A DNA stretch of 64,000 bases, from positions 44,268,001 through 44,332,000 of the forward strand of contig CAIIXF020000001.1 of assembly GCA_903813345.2 (NCBI GenBank), read 5' to 3'. Origin of the DNA: Owenia fusiformis (Eukaryota). The translations under genes and the position numbers were made by a program. Shown here one piece after another: positions 1 to 12,400 of this stretch (the first letter of the stretch is position 1; every line of letters begins with the position of its first letter). The notes beneath the pieces are model-generated. The model had not been told where the DNA came from. It saw nothing but the letters and a program-made list of their open reading frames with translations, and ran no database searches.

Positions 1-77
1 TATGATTTAAATTTTTTACAAAGACCCCCACGAAGTGCGGTTCTTTGTACCTTATTCCTGACATGAATCAGTAGATC

Positions 78-248
78 GGTCACGTGACCTAAAGACCGCC
101 TTTATTACCTTATATGGCAAATTGTCAAGGGAACTACTAAGTCATCATATGACGCGATTACGGATCGATTGTGTTTCCAAGTAATGTCGTCATGTGACGT
201 AGAACGCATTGTCCGCCATTGCTCTCAATTTTGTCTGAACGGGTAAGC
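78..248 (+). promoter_or_regulatory. Putative promoter / first-exon region of an unidentified transcript
   Basis: CpG-rich patch in an AT-rich background. It contains the palindromic E-box GGTCACGTGACC (78-89), a CArG box CCTTATATGG (108-117), GTCATGTGAC (189-198), YY1-like CCGCCATT (213-220) and a consensus donor G|GTAAG at 243. No downstream ORF found. Confidence 0.35.
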
Positions 249-1246
249 GTATTTTAACATTTCTGTCATTTTAAAGCCTGATGTTCAGTATTTATAATCG
301 AATTTCACTTCAACTTGATTGTAGAAATGAATAGAATTGTAACTTCTTATTTTACTGAATCATTATTCGAGCCAGAAGTGGCTTAAATTAGAATCAATTT
401 ATGAACTTGAAGAAATTTAGTCAAATGGTTAGTATGATGCTATGCTGGTCGCAAGGAGAGGTATCAAAAGTTCAATGTCTGATAGGAAACTAAATTAATC
501 TAGTTTTGAGTTTGACCCCCTCCCCCAAAAAACGTGATCTTCGCGGACTTTTCGCGTGTGGACTTTCGTGGATTTTCGATTTTCATTGGAATATTAGGCT
601 TACCATAACGTATGTAGGCTACAATGTAGAATTCCTAAAACATGTGACAACAACAGTAGGCACAGCATTTGCAGAAGACATCAAGTAAACTCTTTATTTT
701 AAAACCATTCAAAGGAATTCTGATCCGAGTCAAAATTGCACAAAAATTGAAATGTTAAAATTTGTCTGATAGCAAACTGAAATGGCTTTGACCCCCCCCC
801 CCCCCCTTCTAGATTTATTTAGTTTTATAGGCTTATCCGTCGACATTGAACCTTAGATGCCTCCCGCGAGACATGACGAGACTGGCTACTAACCATCTAC
901 ATAAGAACGATAGTTTTTTAAACTGGAAGGTCAAGGTCGAAACTCAAATGAATATAGACTGCCCCAATTCATTTCTTTTTCAGAACAAGAACGCCAACAA
1001 CAACAAGATCCTATGCATATGACCACGCACACCAACAACAAGTGCAACAACAAATACGGCAAACAATTATAAATGTTATGTCAACAAAGACATATATTAC
1101 AAATCAGGTGTGAAATCGGCAAAACTTGGGCTCAGTAGACAATAAAAAAGTTTACTGTAGTAATAAGAGTGTTTCGACCCTTCTGAGCCGCGGTTTATGT
1201 TGCAAGAAGTACTAATACAATTATATTGTATTTAAAAAACTATTAG

Positions 1247-3731
1247 AATGAACTGTGTGAATACATGAAATATCTTCATTCAAAGGTATAAATGTTGTAC
1301 AAAGACAGGCAGGAAATGTATTGACTAAGGCCACACATATAAAAGATATGCTTTTATCTCATATTTCCAGGGCACGGTAATAATAACAAAGGTCAAGAAG
1401 GATGATGTACATTAGAACTTTCCACAGATTCCAAATGATGTCACGACAAGATCCAATGAGTTTCAATCAGGGTCCATATGTCATTCACTAGGGATTTAAT
1501 TGGACTTTTTGAGATTTGTTGTATATTTTTGGGCTATAAGACGCCACAATATACTGAAATACGTGCTTAAGTTACATGATAGTTTTATGTCACCGTGTAG
1601 AGATGGTGACATAATGAAGTTTGTTAGAGTTTATTCGTATATTTAAACTTTTTCTTGGTAATGCAATACTGCATCAAAACACAAAAAAACAGATATAGAA
1701 ATTGTGTTCAAAGTTTGAAAATCTGATTTAAAACCCCTTGCAAAATGTAACATAACGTAAAAGAGCACGAAGCGCTATCTATATTGTTCTTGGTAAAAAA
1801 AGTCATTTACAAAAATTATAAATAACAATAGAGTTCCTTAGAGCCCATGTTGTAAGTAACCCTACCCCATCCAGAACAGTATACCAGTAGCTTAGTAGTT
1901 TAAGTGGCGCTACATGCTTCTGTGACAATATAACCATTTACTTAATAGATTCCACTAAAAGCAACATTTCACTATCACTCCATCTTTTTCGCCCCTTATA
2001 CCTAACTTTGGGTCTTTGTAGTTTTTCAGTGATTTTTTCACTGGATTATCTTGTTACTGTAAGATTTAGGCTAGACCATTTTGAGTCTAAGCGTGGGGGG
2101 CTAGTATGTATCCAACAGACCGAATATTTATTCAGACGAAGGATACAGTCTAGGGGGGGGGGGGGCAAACACATTACTTCAAACACATAAGACAGATCTG
2201 TATTATGTGTTTGCAGACTCCCAACACTCTTCTTCCCTTCTTCTGTGTTTTGTAGACTCTCTCTCGGTCACAAAACAGTAGGCCAATGTTTCACTTTTTA
2301 TTTTCCAGAGCCCTTTTTGGAAATTTGTTCAGACAATGACAGAAAATTCACCTATAATTTGCCGTTTGTTGCAGCACGTTTAGTATTCAAGCGAATAAAT
2401 ATACTGACCTCTAAAAGCTAGCCATATACAGTGTCATACATTGTTCATATAAGTGAAGATATTATCGATATTGCGTTAATTTTGTAAAATAATGAACTGT
2501 GTGAATACATGAAATATCTTCATTCAAAGGTATAAATGTTGTACAAAGACAGGCAGGAAATGTATTGACTAAGGCCACGCATATAAAAGATATGCTTTTA
2601 TCTCATATTTCCAGGGCACGGTAATAATAACAAAGGTCAAGAAGGATGATGTACATTAGAACTTTCCACAGATTCCAAATGATGTCACGACAAGATCCAA
2701 TGAGTTTCAATCAGGGTCCATATGTCATTCACTAGGGATTTAATTGGACTTTTTGAGATTTGTTGTATATTTTTGGGCTATAAGACGCCACAATATACTG
2801 AAATACGTGCTTAAGTTACATGATAGTTTTATGTCACCGTGTAGAGATGGTGACATAATGAAGTTTGTTAGAGTTTATTCGTATATTTAAACTTTTTCTT
2901 GGTAATGCAATACTGCATCAAAACACAAAAAAACAGATATAGAAATTGTGTTCAAAGTTTGAAAATCTGATTTAAAACCCCTTGCAAAATGTAACATAAC
3001 GTAAAAGAGCACGAAGCGCTATCTATATTGTTCTTGGTAAAAAAAGTCATTTACAAAAATTATAAATAACAATAGAGTTCCTTAGAGCCCATGTTGTAAG
3101 TAACCCTACCCCATCCAGAACAGTATACCAGTAGCCTAGTAGTTTAAGTGGCGCTACATGCTTCTGTGACAATATAACCATTTACTTAATAGATTCCACT
3201 AAAAGCAACATTTCACTATCACTCCATCTTTTTCGCCCCTTATACCTAACTTTGGGTCTTTGTAGTTTTTCAGTGATTTTTTCACTGGATTATCTTGTTA
3301 CTGTAAGATTTAGGCTAGACCATTTTGAGTCTAAGCGTGGGGGGCTAGTATGTATCCAACAGACCGAATATTTATTCAGACGAAGGATACAGTCTAGGGG
3401 GGGGGGCAAACACATTACTTCAAACACATAAGACAGATCTGTATTATGTGTTTGCAGACTCCCAACACTCTTCTTCCTTACTTCTGTGTTTTGTAGACTC
3501 TCTCTCGGTCACAAAACAGTAGGCCAATGTTTCACTTTTTATTTTCCAGAGCCCTTTTTGGAAATTTGTTCAGACAATGACAGAAAATTCACCTATAATT
3601 TGCCGTTTGTTGCAGCACGTTTAGTATTCAAGCGAATAAATATACTGACCTCTAAAAGCTAGCCATATACAGTGTCATACATTGTTCATATAAGTGAAGA
3701 TATTATCGATATTGCGTTAATTTTGTAAAAT
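1247..3731. repeat. Near-perfect direct tandem duplication, unit ~1.24 kb (1247-2490 and 2491-3731)
   Basis: Both copies start AATGAACTGTGTGAATACATG and end TTTTGTAAAAT. By eye they differ only by a few substitutions and a G-run of 13 vs 10. Confidence 0.95.
2102..2152 (+). mobile_element. 51-bp termini-only derivative of the TIR element at 35728-36520 (second copy 3346-3396)
   Basis: TAGTATGTATCCAACAGACCGAATAT matches the left end and GAATATTTATTCAGACGAAGGATACAGTC(T/C)A matches the right end of the 793-bp element; the two are joined at the shared GAATAT. Confidence 0.75.
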
Positions 3732-4034
3732 AAATTTTTATTTTAAAAATATGGAAGTGAATGGCAAGTAGTATTTTGATTGGCTTAACCTCGCACTAAA
3801 CGAAAATAATATGGACAAAATAGATTGAGATGAAAAACCCGGGGATATTAATAAATGACCATTGTTATCATTCTGTATTTGTTGTTATTTTATCACATAT
3901 TATGTATTATTTTAGCATTATTTTCACCATATTATACATAGAAAGTTTTTTTAATGAATGGTCTAATAGGTGCAATTCTCGAAATGTAATGCGTTTATCA
4001 TATGAATCAGTGTCAAAGGTTCGAGTCATTTTAA

Positions 4035-4448
4035 GGTCAGGGTGCATGATGGGAAATTTTCTGTATCCCTCAATTGAGTCACATGTTATTTTTCAAACAA
4101 GAATCACTCCTTCCCCACATTGTCTATATCTTTCACTTTTGCACAAAGAGTGCACTTATGTGCCTAGAAAAGACTTGTGAGAAGAATGTTTTGATGAAGT
4201 GTATAAAAAACAAGAAAATTCAGTGAAAAAATTCAGAAAATTTTCAGAAATTTTTTTCACTGAATTTTCTCGTTTTTTATACATTTTACAAAACAAATCT
4301 TCTCACAAGTCTTTTCTAGGCACATAAGTGCACTCTTTGTGCAAACTTGGAAGGTGTAGACAATGTGGGGAAGGAGTGATTCTTGTTTGAAAAATAACAT
4401 GTGACTCAATTGAAGGATGCAGAAAATTTCCCATCATGCACCCTGACC
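4035..4448. mobile_element. Fold-back MITE with TTAA target duplication (Kolobok-like)
   Basis: TTAA|GGTCAGGGTGCATGATGGG ... CCCATCATGCACCCTGACC|TTAA. Nearly the whole 414 bp is one inverted repeat. Confidence 0.8.
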
Positions 4449-5345
4449 TTAATTTCAGTGTTTGGAACTTGTCACTGTTCGATCTTTTTTTAACCTCCAG
4501 TATATGCGAAAAAGAAGTTTTGTGTCTATTGATTGTGTAAGTTATATATCATTATGAATTCAAAATGTTAAGGGTTATTTAGGGTGAGTATTTCAGTCTA
4601 TATTAGCACTTTGGTAATATTGTGGCTTGCTTTACAGACTACTCTATTGACTTCACTTTGCTAAAATCCACTTTTCTATACTTGGAATGTTTCACATTAT
4701 CAACTTTTTCTATCAAATATCATGTGCCTTTATAGAGCTGGGTTTGGGTATACCTTGAACTCACTGACGTAAGCCCTTAGTCTAGGGATTGGGTCTGGGG
4801 ATTGGGTCAATTTATTGAACGGATACAGGGGTGGCCTTTAAAATCATAAAACAATAACAGCATGTTTCATTTATTTATAAAACTTTCATTTGTGTTTTTT
4901 ATTTCTTTTTCATAAATCAATTCATAATATATATGGTAAACACACATACATGCATTATATATCTATCTCTTTTCTGAACAATTGCATTTAGATACAAAAC
5001 ATAATACAAAGTAAATATTGTTTACTTTCTCCATTGACAGTTGACACACATGATTGTGTTCATATTTTTTAATTCTCTTTTTTCACCACTAAGTAATGCT
5101 TTTAAATGTATGACATTTGGAGTGTTTATAAAAATGTTCATTATGAAAGACAAACAGGTGTATGTGATATACAGGAAGCTGTATCCCAGCAAAGATTCAA
5201 CAATCTTTATTTTTATAAAAGCCACATTCAAATGTACTTTTTGGTCCATTTGGCTGTTGTACAAAAATGATATCTTAGACTCCTCTATCACTCTAATACC
5301 ATATGTCTTTTTATATATTGGCACTGTAAATGTCCTTCTATTTCT

Positions 5346-6203
5346 TTAAAATAGCTTGAATTCTCTATTTGTAAGGCTCATTTCATCAACAAATCTGAAA
5401 TAAACAATTTTACAATATAATTTTATGAGCTACATGAACACTCACAATCTATATATAATATAATTAATGTTATCAAACTATACATCATCTAATTAAGACT
5501 CAAAAATCACATGGGTGTTGATGCACACAGGAATTTTTCTTCTTTCAGCATAATATCTGATGGTATGATAGAAATAGCATTTGGACTCTATTTGAAAATA
5601 TAACATTGCAACTCATTGGCTATTGTAACTATGTTTTACCTGGTCATTTCACTGTTTACATGTACATGTCTAGGTACATATGTCCATGGCTCTTTTTCTT
5701 TTAATGGTTTGTCTTTTTGCCACCATCCACACCTGCTAGAAGTTGTAAGAGGTATTCTCCATATTTCTGTAGGACCTGAAATCAAACCAAAACATAAAAT
5801 GCATAGGGTGAATGACGGATGAAAATTGCATTATATGTCTGACTTTCCGTAAGATTAAATGCATTTCTCTAGAAACAAATACGTAATATAGTCAAGAGAA
5901 AAGATGATGGATGTTTAGCTTTACAGTTTACTCAATAAAATATGATTATGAAAATGCAATTCTCGACTATGCTGGTATGCATATTGGCTTACCTTGTGGT
6001 TTCCGTATGTGTTTCATTCTCTGTCTTGTGAATTCTACATATGATCCCTCTGGTCCTTTACCATATCCTGACACTTGGTCAATGGGTACAATTGAGGCAA
6101 GTTTATATTTTTCATTGTCTATTGGTGGTAGTTTTGTTGGTGGAGTAACACCTGATTTTATGGTATTTTGATATCCTAATTGAGTCAATCCAAAGAAAGA
6201 CAT
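5346..6203 (-). CDS. TEX49: TEX49/SPMIP11-like sperm microtubule inner protein, 131 aa, 3 exons (6203-5993, 5775-5640, 5394-5346)
   Basis: GT-AG introns with consistent phases give MSFFGLTQLGYQN..TKLPPI..GPTEIWRIPLTTSSRCGWW..PWTYVPRH..SEMTRFVDEMSLTNREFKLF*. The motif order (LGYQN, LPPI, RIPLT, WW, PW..PRH, MTRF.D) matches TEX49 as I recall it. Confidence 0.8.
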
Positions 6204-6476
6204 TTTGTTGGATGTGTATCCCCTAAATCGTCCTGTATATGGTTTTCTGTTCGTGCAATGTGCGTCTATTATGAACTAAGATTGCAAGCTGCTTATATGT
6301 TGCTATGTTTATGTTTACATTGACGATCTCGCGATAGATTTCGAGTAAAGTCGAGATTTCCAGCCAACGGCCATATTGGATTCTAGAACGATCGCATGGA
6401 CAACACATCTTCATCGACCAACATCGCCTAAATAAAGCTTCCTCTGCCTCTCATCGACGGCGCAAAATATTTAAAG
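6204..6476. promoter_or_regulatory. Compact bidirectional promoter TEX49/CCT5 with putative heat-shock element
   Basis: Only 273 bp separate the divergent ATGs. The region is CpG-rich and has TTCtaGAAcgATC (6381-6393, nGAAn array with one mismatch) and TCTCGCGA near 6327. Confidence 0.55.
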
Positions 6477-9400
6477 ATGTCTTCTATGGGGTCTATAGCG
6501 TTTGATGAATATGGGAGACCGTTCATCATCCTCAAAGACCAAGACCAACAGAAGCGACTCTGCGGACTCGAAGCTCAGAAAGTAGGCCTATTTTTGAAAT
6601 ATGTCACATTGAATTTGTTACATGTCATGGTTAACTATGTGCTTTAGATGAAACGCCAAACGTTAAGTGTTTGTCTTTTCTGAACATACTGATTTTTAAT
6701 TATGTGCTGCATGCTGTACATTCTAGACTATTTTTTGTGCAAGATTTTTCCAATGATGAAACTCAAACTTGAAACTGTCTCACTTCTCCATTTACTCTTC
6801 TCTGTCACTTGTGTCAGTCATTTATGGCTTATCAATCCCTTGGATTGTTTGAAAAAACTGCTATATAAGAAGTGATATTTAGCAGATTTGATTTTTTTAG
6901 AACTTCAATATTTTGTTTCCGATGGTTGGTTGGTTAGGCCTATATCCTTTCTTCTGGTGCTTCACCGACACCGACACCGATGCATCGCTTTTGGCGATTA
7001 CATCGTGATGTATCGATAAAAACCAGGGGTGAAATACATTGTTTTAGCAAATATTTAATGCGAATCAATTGGATTGTACATCATACCTAAAATTAGCCTC
7101 ATGAAAGACTCTGTGCAATACTTTCTTCTTACAAAGCCTGGCTGATCCGATTCTGACGGCTGAAACTGAAATGCTGAAATCAGTTGCTTTGTAAATATCT
7201 AAAATGTTCCCTACATCCCCATTCTTCATTTGCGCAAGTCTGTAAATTATCAGTTGCTTCTTTGCGGTTCAGGACTTCTTTTTATTCTCCAGGAGATATT
7301 TTCTACCAAGAAATCAAAATGGCGGTTTAGACGGAAAATCACAAAGTAATGTTCAAAATCTTCATATATTTTCAAATGAGAGCTACCAAAAGTTTAGCAA
7401 TTTGTAAATGTCATTCGAAAATCTAAAGAAATTCCTGATCGGCAGCAGCTGATAATTTACAGACACATACGAAGGATGGAGATGTAGGGAACATTTGGAG
7501 ATATAAAGTAGCTAATTTCAATATAACAGTCCGTCATCATGATTTTGTAGCGGGTGAGAGGGTTGTGCAAAGGCTGTTCTATCAGATCAGTCAGTCTTTG
7601 AAAGAGGTTATGCAATGTTAAGTGGAAAAATACATTTATGCAGTCTGTTAAACTGCTTCAAAGGCAAGCAGTTGAACCTGAAAAATAAGAAATCTATAGA
7701 CTATTTTGCCATTAATGTGTAGAAAAATCTATTTATATTGCAAACGAATGACATTTGTATATCTTTGAATTGCTTGTAAATTGGCTTATTAAGTCTGTCA
7801 CCTCTTATATATTTTGATGTTTCTCTGCCATGTTAATCCTGAAAAAAATAACATGGCAGATTTACAGACTGTAGTACTTTGGGTTTACATGCAAAACTTT
7901 TGTATATTTTGGAATTCTATTCCTAATGATTTGGCCCAAATATGTGATTGATTACATAGCAGAAAAGGCATTTGTTAATTATAGACATTGGCATTACTGA
8001 CACATCGATAAATTTCTTGACAGCCATTATGAATATATGAGCTGTGAAAATCTTCATGTAAAAAAACTATTATCAATGCATGGACGAATTCCTGCAGGTC
8101 CAGATAATGGCCTGTTAGATCAGACACCATGCTATAGTAAGAAATCCCTCAGAACAATTTTCAAACCTTTCACCATAGGATTGTTAAACCGATTAGGGGG
8201 ATATATGATTTAAGTATAAGTAAATAATTTTATGTTCATTTGTATAATTATATTAAAAGTTGAAATCATATACTAAAGTAAAAAATAAGAAGTAGAAGCA
8301 TATCGACCTAAAATAAGCTATCAAATGCCTATACATTCAACAATACTCTATGGAGAAATACAGTTATACTTTAGATGCCAAACGTTTGTTTAATTTTGGA
8401 TTGCTTGTGGTTTGGCTCACAGATGTGTGTTCTTTTGTATTTTGGTGCTTCTCTGACATGTTCTTTAGAAAAAATTAACATTGCTGAAACTTCCAAAAAC
8501 ACAAGAGGCCACAGGTTTACCTCACATTAAGCTTGAAACATTCAAACTACCTTTTGCATCTAGAAAGTATTTTTCCATATAGTATTGTGATGGTTGTTGT
8601 TTTCAATAACACAAAGAAAAAATGTTGTGCACCGAAATGAAAATGAACTGCCTTTTTTGGACCCAAATCATATGCACAAAATCAAAGATTTTGACAAAGA
8701 TTTAACCCTCAGTGTCTTTATTTTGTCAGAATCCACTAAATAATTGAAGGAAATTCTATTTCTAAAAGAAATAAAATCTTGTTTCGAAGTTTCGTTCTTG
8801 GATTGATTTCTGATCGAAATAGTACAAGGCATGTGATAGGACAAATAATTTAATACTTGATTTCCAAGCAGTAACCAGTACAAGTCCTACGATTGGGCGC
8901 TAGCTGAAGACCTGATTTAAACCATTTTCTATTGGTCAAGTGTGATCACATGATCATTATTTAGGAATGCCCATGCGCAAGAAACTAAACCAAAAAATAG
9001 AACCTCACGCAGATTGCCCTTAAAGCGAGATATTTCTGAGCCATAGCAAATTGCTTAGAAATATGCAAAGAAAATGAGTGTTTAATGGTTGAATATAAGT
9101 TATACCTCACAATTGATAGTATTTTTATCATTCAATGACATACTAGACTCGCTAGAACGCTGATTTAGACCGATAAATGGCAAAAGCGATAAAAAATCTC
9201 ATCAGTAAAAACGTGTCTTTGTATTCCCAGGAACATTTTTTCAAGGGACATAGTTTTTTGAGGGGGGCACATTTTTTGAAAATACTACGTCCCAGAGACA
9301 CAATCTCGTACAAACCTACTGGGAACACCTTGTCGCATTTGTCAATTATAGACACTGGCATTATGGACACAAAGCATTTGTCAATTTATAGACATTGGTA

Positions 9401-12400
9401 TTACTGACAAATCAATAAATTTCTTAACAGCCATTATGAATAGAATGAGCAGTGAAAATCTACTAAAAAAGCCATTATCAATGCATGGACGAATTCCTGC
9501 AGGTCCAGCTAAATGGCCTGTCAGATCAGACACCATGCTATAGTAAGAAATCCCTCAGAACAATTTTCAAACCTTTCACCATAGGATTGTTAAACCGATT
9601 AGGGGGATATATTATTTCAGAAAATATTTGATGTTCATATTTGTACAACATTAAAAGTTGAAATCATTTTGGTATATAGTACAGCTGTAGTTAACTGTTT
9701 TGTAGTTAACTGTTTTTTCTTTGTGGTTTCCAGGCACATATCTTAGCAGCCAAGGTAGTGTCAGGAATCTTGAGAACATCCCTGGGGCCTAAAGGTCTAG
9801 ATAAGATGATGGTGGGACCGGATGGCGATGTCACAATTACAAATGATGGTGCTACTATTCTTGACCAGATGGATGTTGAACATGAGATTGCAAAGTTGAT
9901 GGTTCAGTTGTCCAAATCACAAGATGATGAGATAGGAGATGGAACCACTGGAGTTGTAGGTGAGGAAAATTTCTAGTTCACTGTATTGATGTGCATCGTT
10001 AAGATTGGTAGTTCTGTGCATGGATGTTTCACTTTCATGTGTAAATTGTTTAAATGGATGTTTACCTTGTATTTGTCATTTTGGTTGTACAACATTAGTG
10101 ATCTTAAAATAATTATTATCAGTTGTTCAAGTCTCACTTTAATGCATGGATGAATTCCTGCAGGTCCAGCTAAATGGCCTGTCAGATCAGACACCATGCT
10201 AGAAAAAACTCCCTCAGAACAATTTTCAAACCTTTAACCATAGGATTGTTAAACCGATTAGGGGGAGACAAAAAATTAATCAGTATGTAAAGTATTCATG
10301 TTTTATACAAAAATTGTAATTCTAAAATGAATGGACCAAAATAGAATTGAAATTGAATTGAATTGTATTTGCATCCAAAGTAACAAGATTATGGATGATT
10401 TGTATTCTACGTTTTCAGTGTTGGCTGGTGCACTGTTAGATACTGCTGAAAAGTTGTTAGAGCGAGGTATTCACCCAATCAGAGTGGCTGATGGCTACGA
10501 AATGGCTGCTAAAGTGGCTATAGATCATCTTGACACAATTGCAGAAACCTTCTCTGTAGATCTGAGCCAACCAGAACCCCTTGTAAAAACAGCCATGACT
10601 ACATTGGGGTCAAAAATGTTAGTGGTTTAAGCAATATTTAACTTTTCATTGGGTACTGTGTTGTGAACATATTAGAAACAATATCTGCTTACTGTTGAAT
10701 ACTGGAAACATAACAGTCATAGTCCTTGGAGGAACATTTTCATTCATTATAGTCATATAAATCCGACCGTTGTATGCTGTTCTTCGATATTCCTTGTTCC
10801 TATTTGGATATTTATTTTTTATCATTTTCTTAGCATATACGGTCGTAGATATTATTGCTGACAAATTGCGTTAAACGCTTTTCTGGCCTGTCTTGGTAAC
10901 CATAGTTACCATACTAACCAAAGTCACACAAATTATCGAGTAATTATTTAGCTCCAACATCAAAGTGTTAAATCTTACCTTAGATATGTAAAACGCTTGA
11001 TAATTGACGAAATATAATCAATTGAATTATATTTTCATTATCGCCCGCCATGTTGCTGAATGTTGTTTCCGGTAGTCTAAATGTAAAACATGTAACGAAA
11101 CGGAATCATAATTATTTATTACACAGAGATGAGAGATCGATTCCAAAGCCGTTCTCTCATACTTATTACTTTTCTCATTTTGAAACAATAACTTTTCCAA
11201 ATAAATTCCCTTCTTAACGACACTGCTTCCCTTTCAACTGAATCTTCGTGTAACAAGTGCTTATGATTTCGTTTGATATAGTTTTACATCTAGACTCAGA
11301 TTAACCCGGAAGTGACCTTGGCATGGCAAAATGAAAAAATTTTAAAATTCAAGCGGCATGCTTATATTTCTTCAATTACCAAGCGTTTTACGTGTCTAAG
11401 GTAAGATTAGATACTTTATAGTTGAAGCAAAGAAATTTATTTATCATTTGTGTTAATTTGGTTGGGTAGACAGGCCAGGAAAGCATTTCCCGCAATTTAG
11501 ATGCGCGGAGTGTGTATGACCCTAGTATGCAAGAAAATAAGAAAAATAAATATCCAAATCAGAAAAAATAACAACAAATAACATCATACTAGGGTCAGAT
11601 TTATATGACTACATTCATTAGGGCTGCAGTGGGGAGAGTTCACTGTAATAGGCGTAAAACACTGGTGATCCACTCGATTACTCTGGTTACCGAAACAGAT
11701 CGTTTCGGTAGCAAAATGTCGGAACATCGAAGGTACAATTTTTCTTCTTTTTTCCTTATTTCACACGTTTTAGGCAGAATTCCTACGACATTTTTTATCA
11801 CAAACATGTATCAGTATCATATGTTTCAGAAAATGAACATATTTGCGAACAAATAGTTCAGAAGACTACTAAATCATCGATTTAATTCCTCACTTAAGTT
11901 ACATAAACGGTATTTCGAAAAACAGTTAAGATCTGCACTTTTAACCCATACCGTTTATGTAACTTAAGTGAGGAATTAAATCGACGATTCTGTTGTCCCT
12001 TGAGCTATATTTTGGTAAACATTTACATTTTGTTAAACATATGATACTGGTACACATTTGTGAGAAAAAATGTGGGGATTCTGCCTACAACGCGTGAAAT
12101 AAGGAAAAAAGAAAAATCGTACCTTCGACGTTCCTACATTTTGTTACCGAAACCGTTACAAACGTAATCAAGTGGATCACCAGTGATAAAAGATTGTTTT
12201 TTGTGCAGTGATGATTTTACAATCCAACTCCTAGTAAAGATGATGAGGAATGTTTAAAATCTGAGCTCAAACTTATTGTCTTGTTCATAGAATACCATGC
12301 AGTTTACATTTTACCCTGCGTCTTTTGACGACTGATTGTGTAAGTTGTGAGACTGATACTCTATACCATTTATAATGGTGACAAAATAACAACAATTAAT

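Noticed and set aside
1400..1462. C/D-snoRNA-like segment (ATGATGT..CAGA..ATGATGT..ATGA) in the tandem duplication, with partial 18S complementarity
   Set aside because: Both the C and D boxes are mismatched, including the C-box GA needed for the K-turn, and there is no solid terminal stem.
3830..5349. AT-rich 100-116 aa ORFs (3830-4180, 5022-5324, 5041-5349)
   Set aside because: F/I/L/Y-biased chance ORFs overlapping a MITE or the TEX49 3' UTR, with no motifs.
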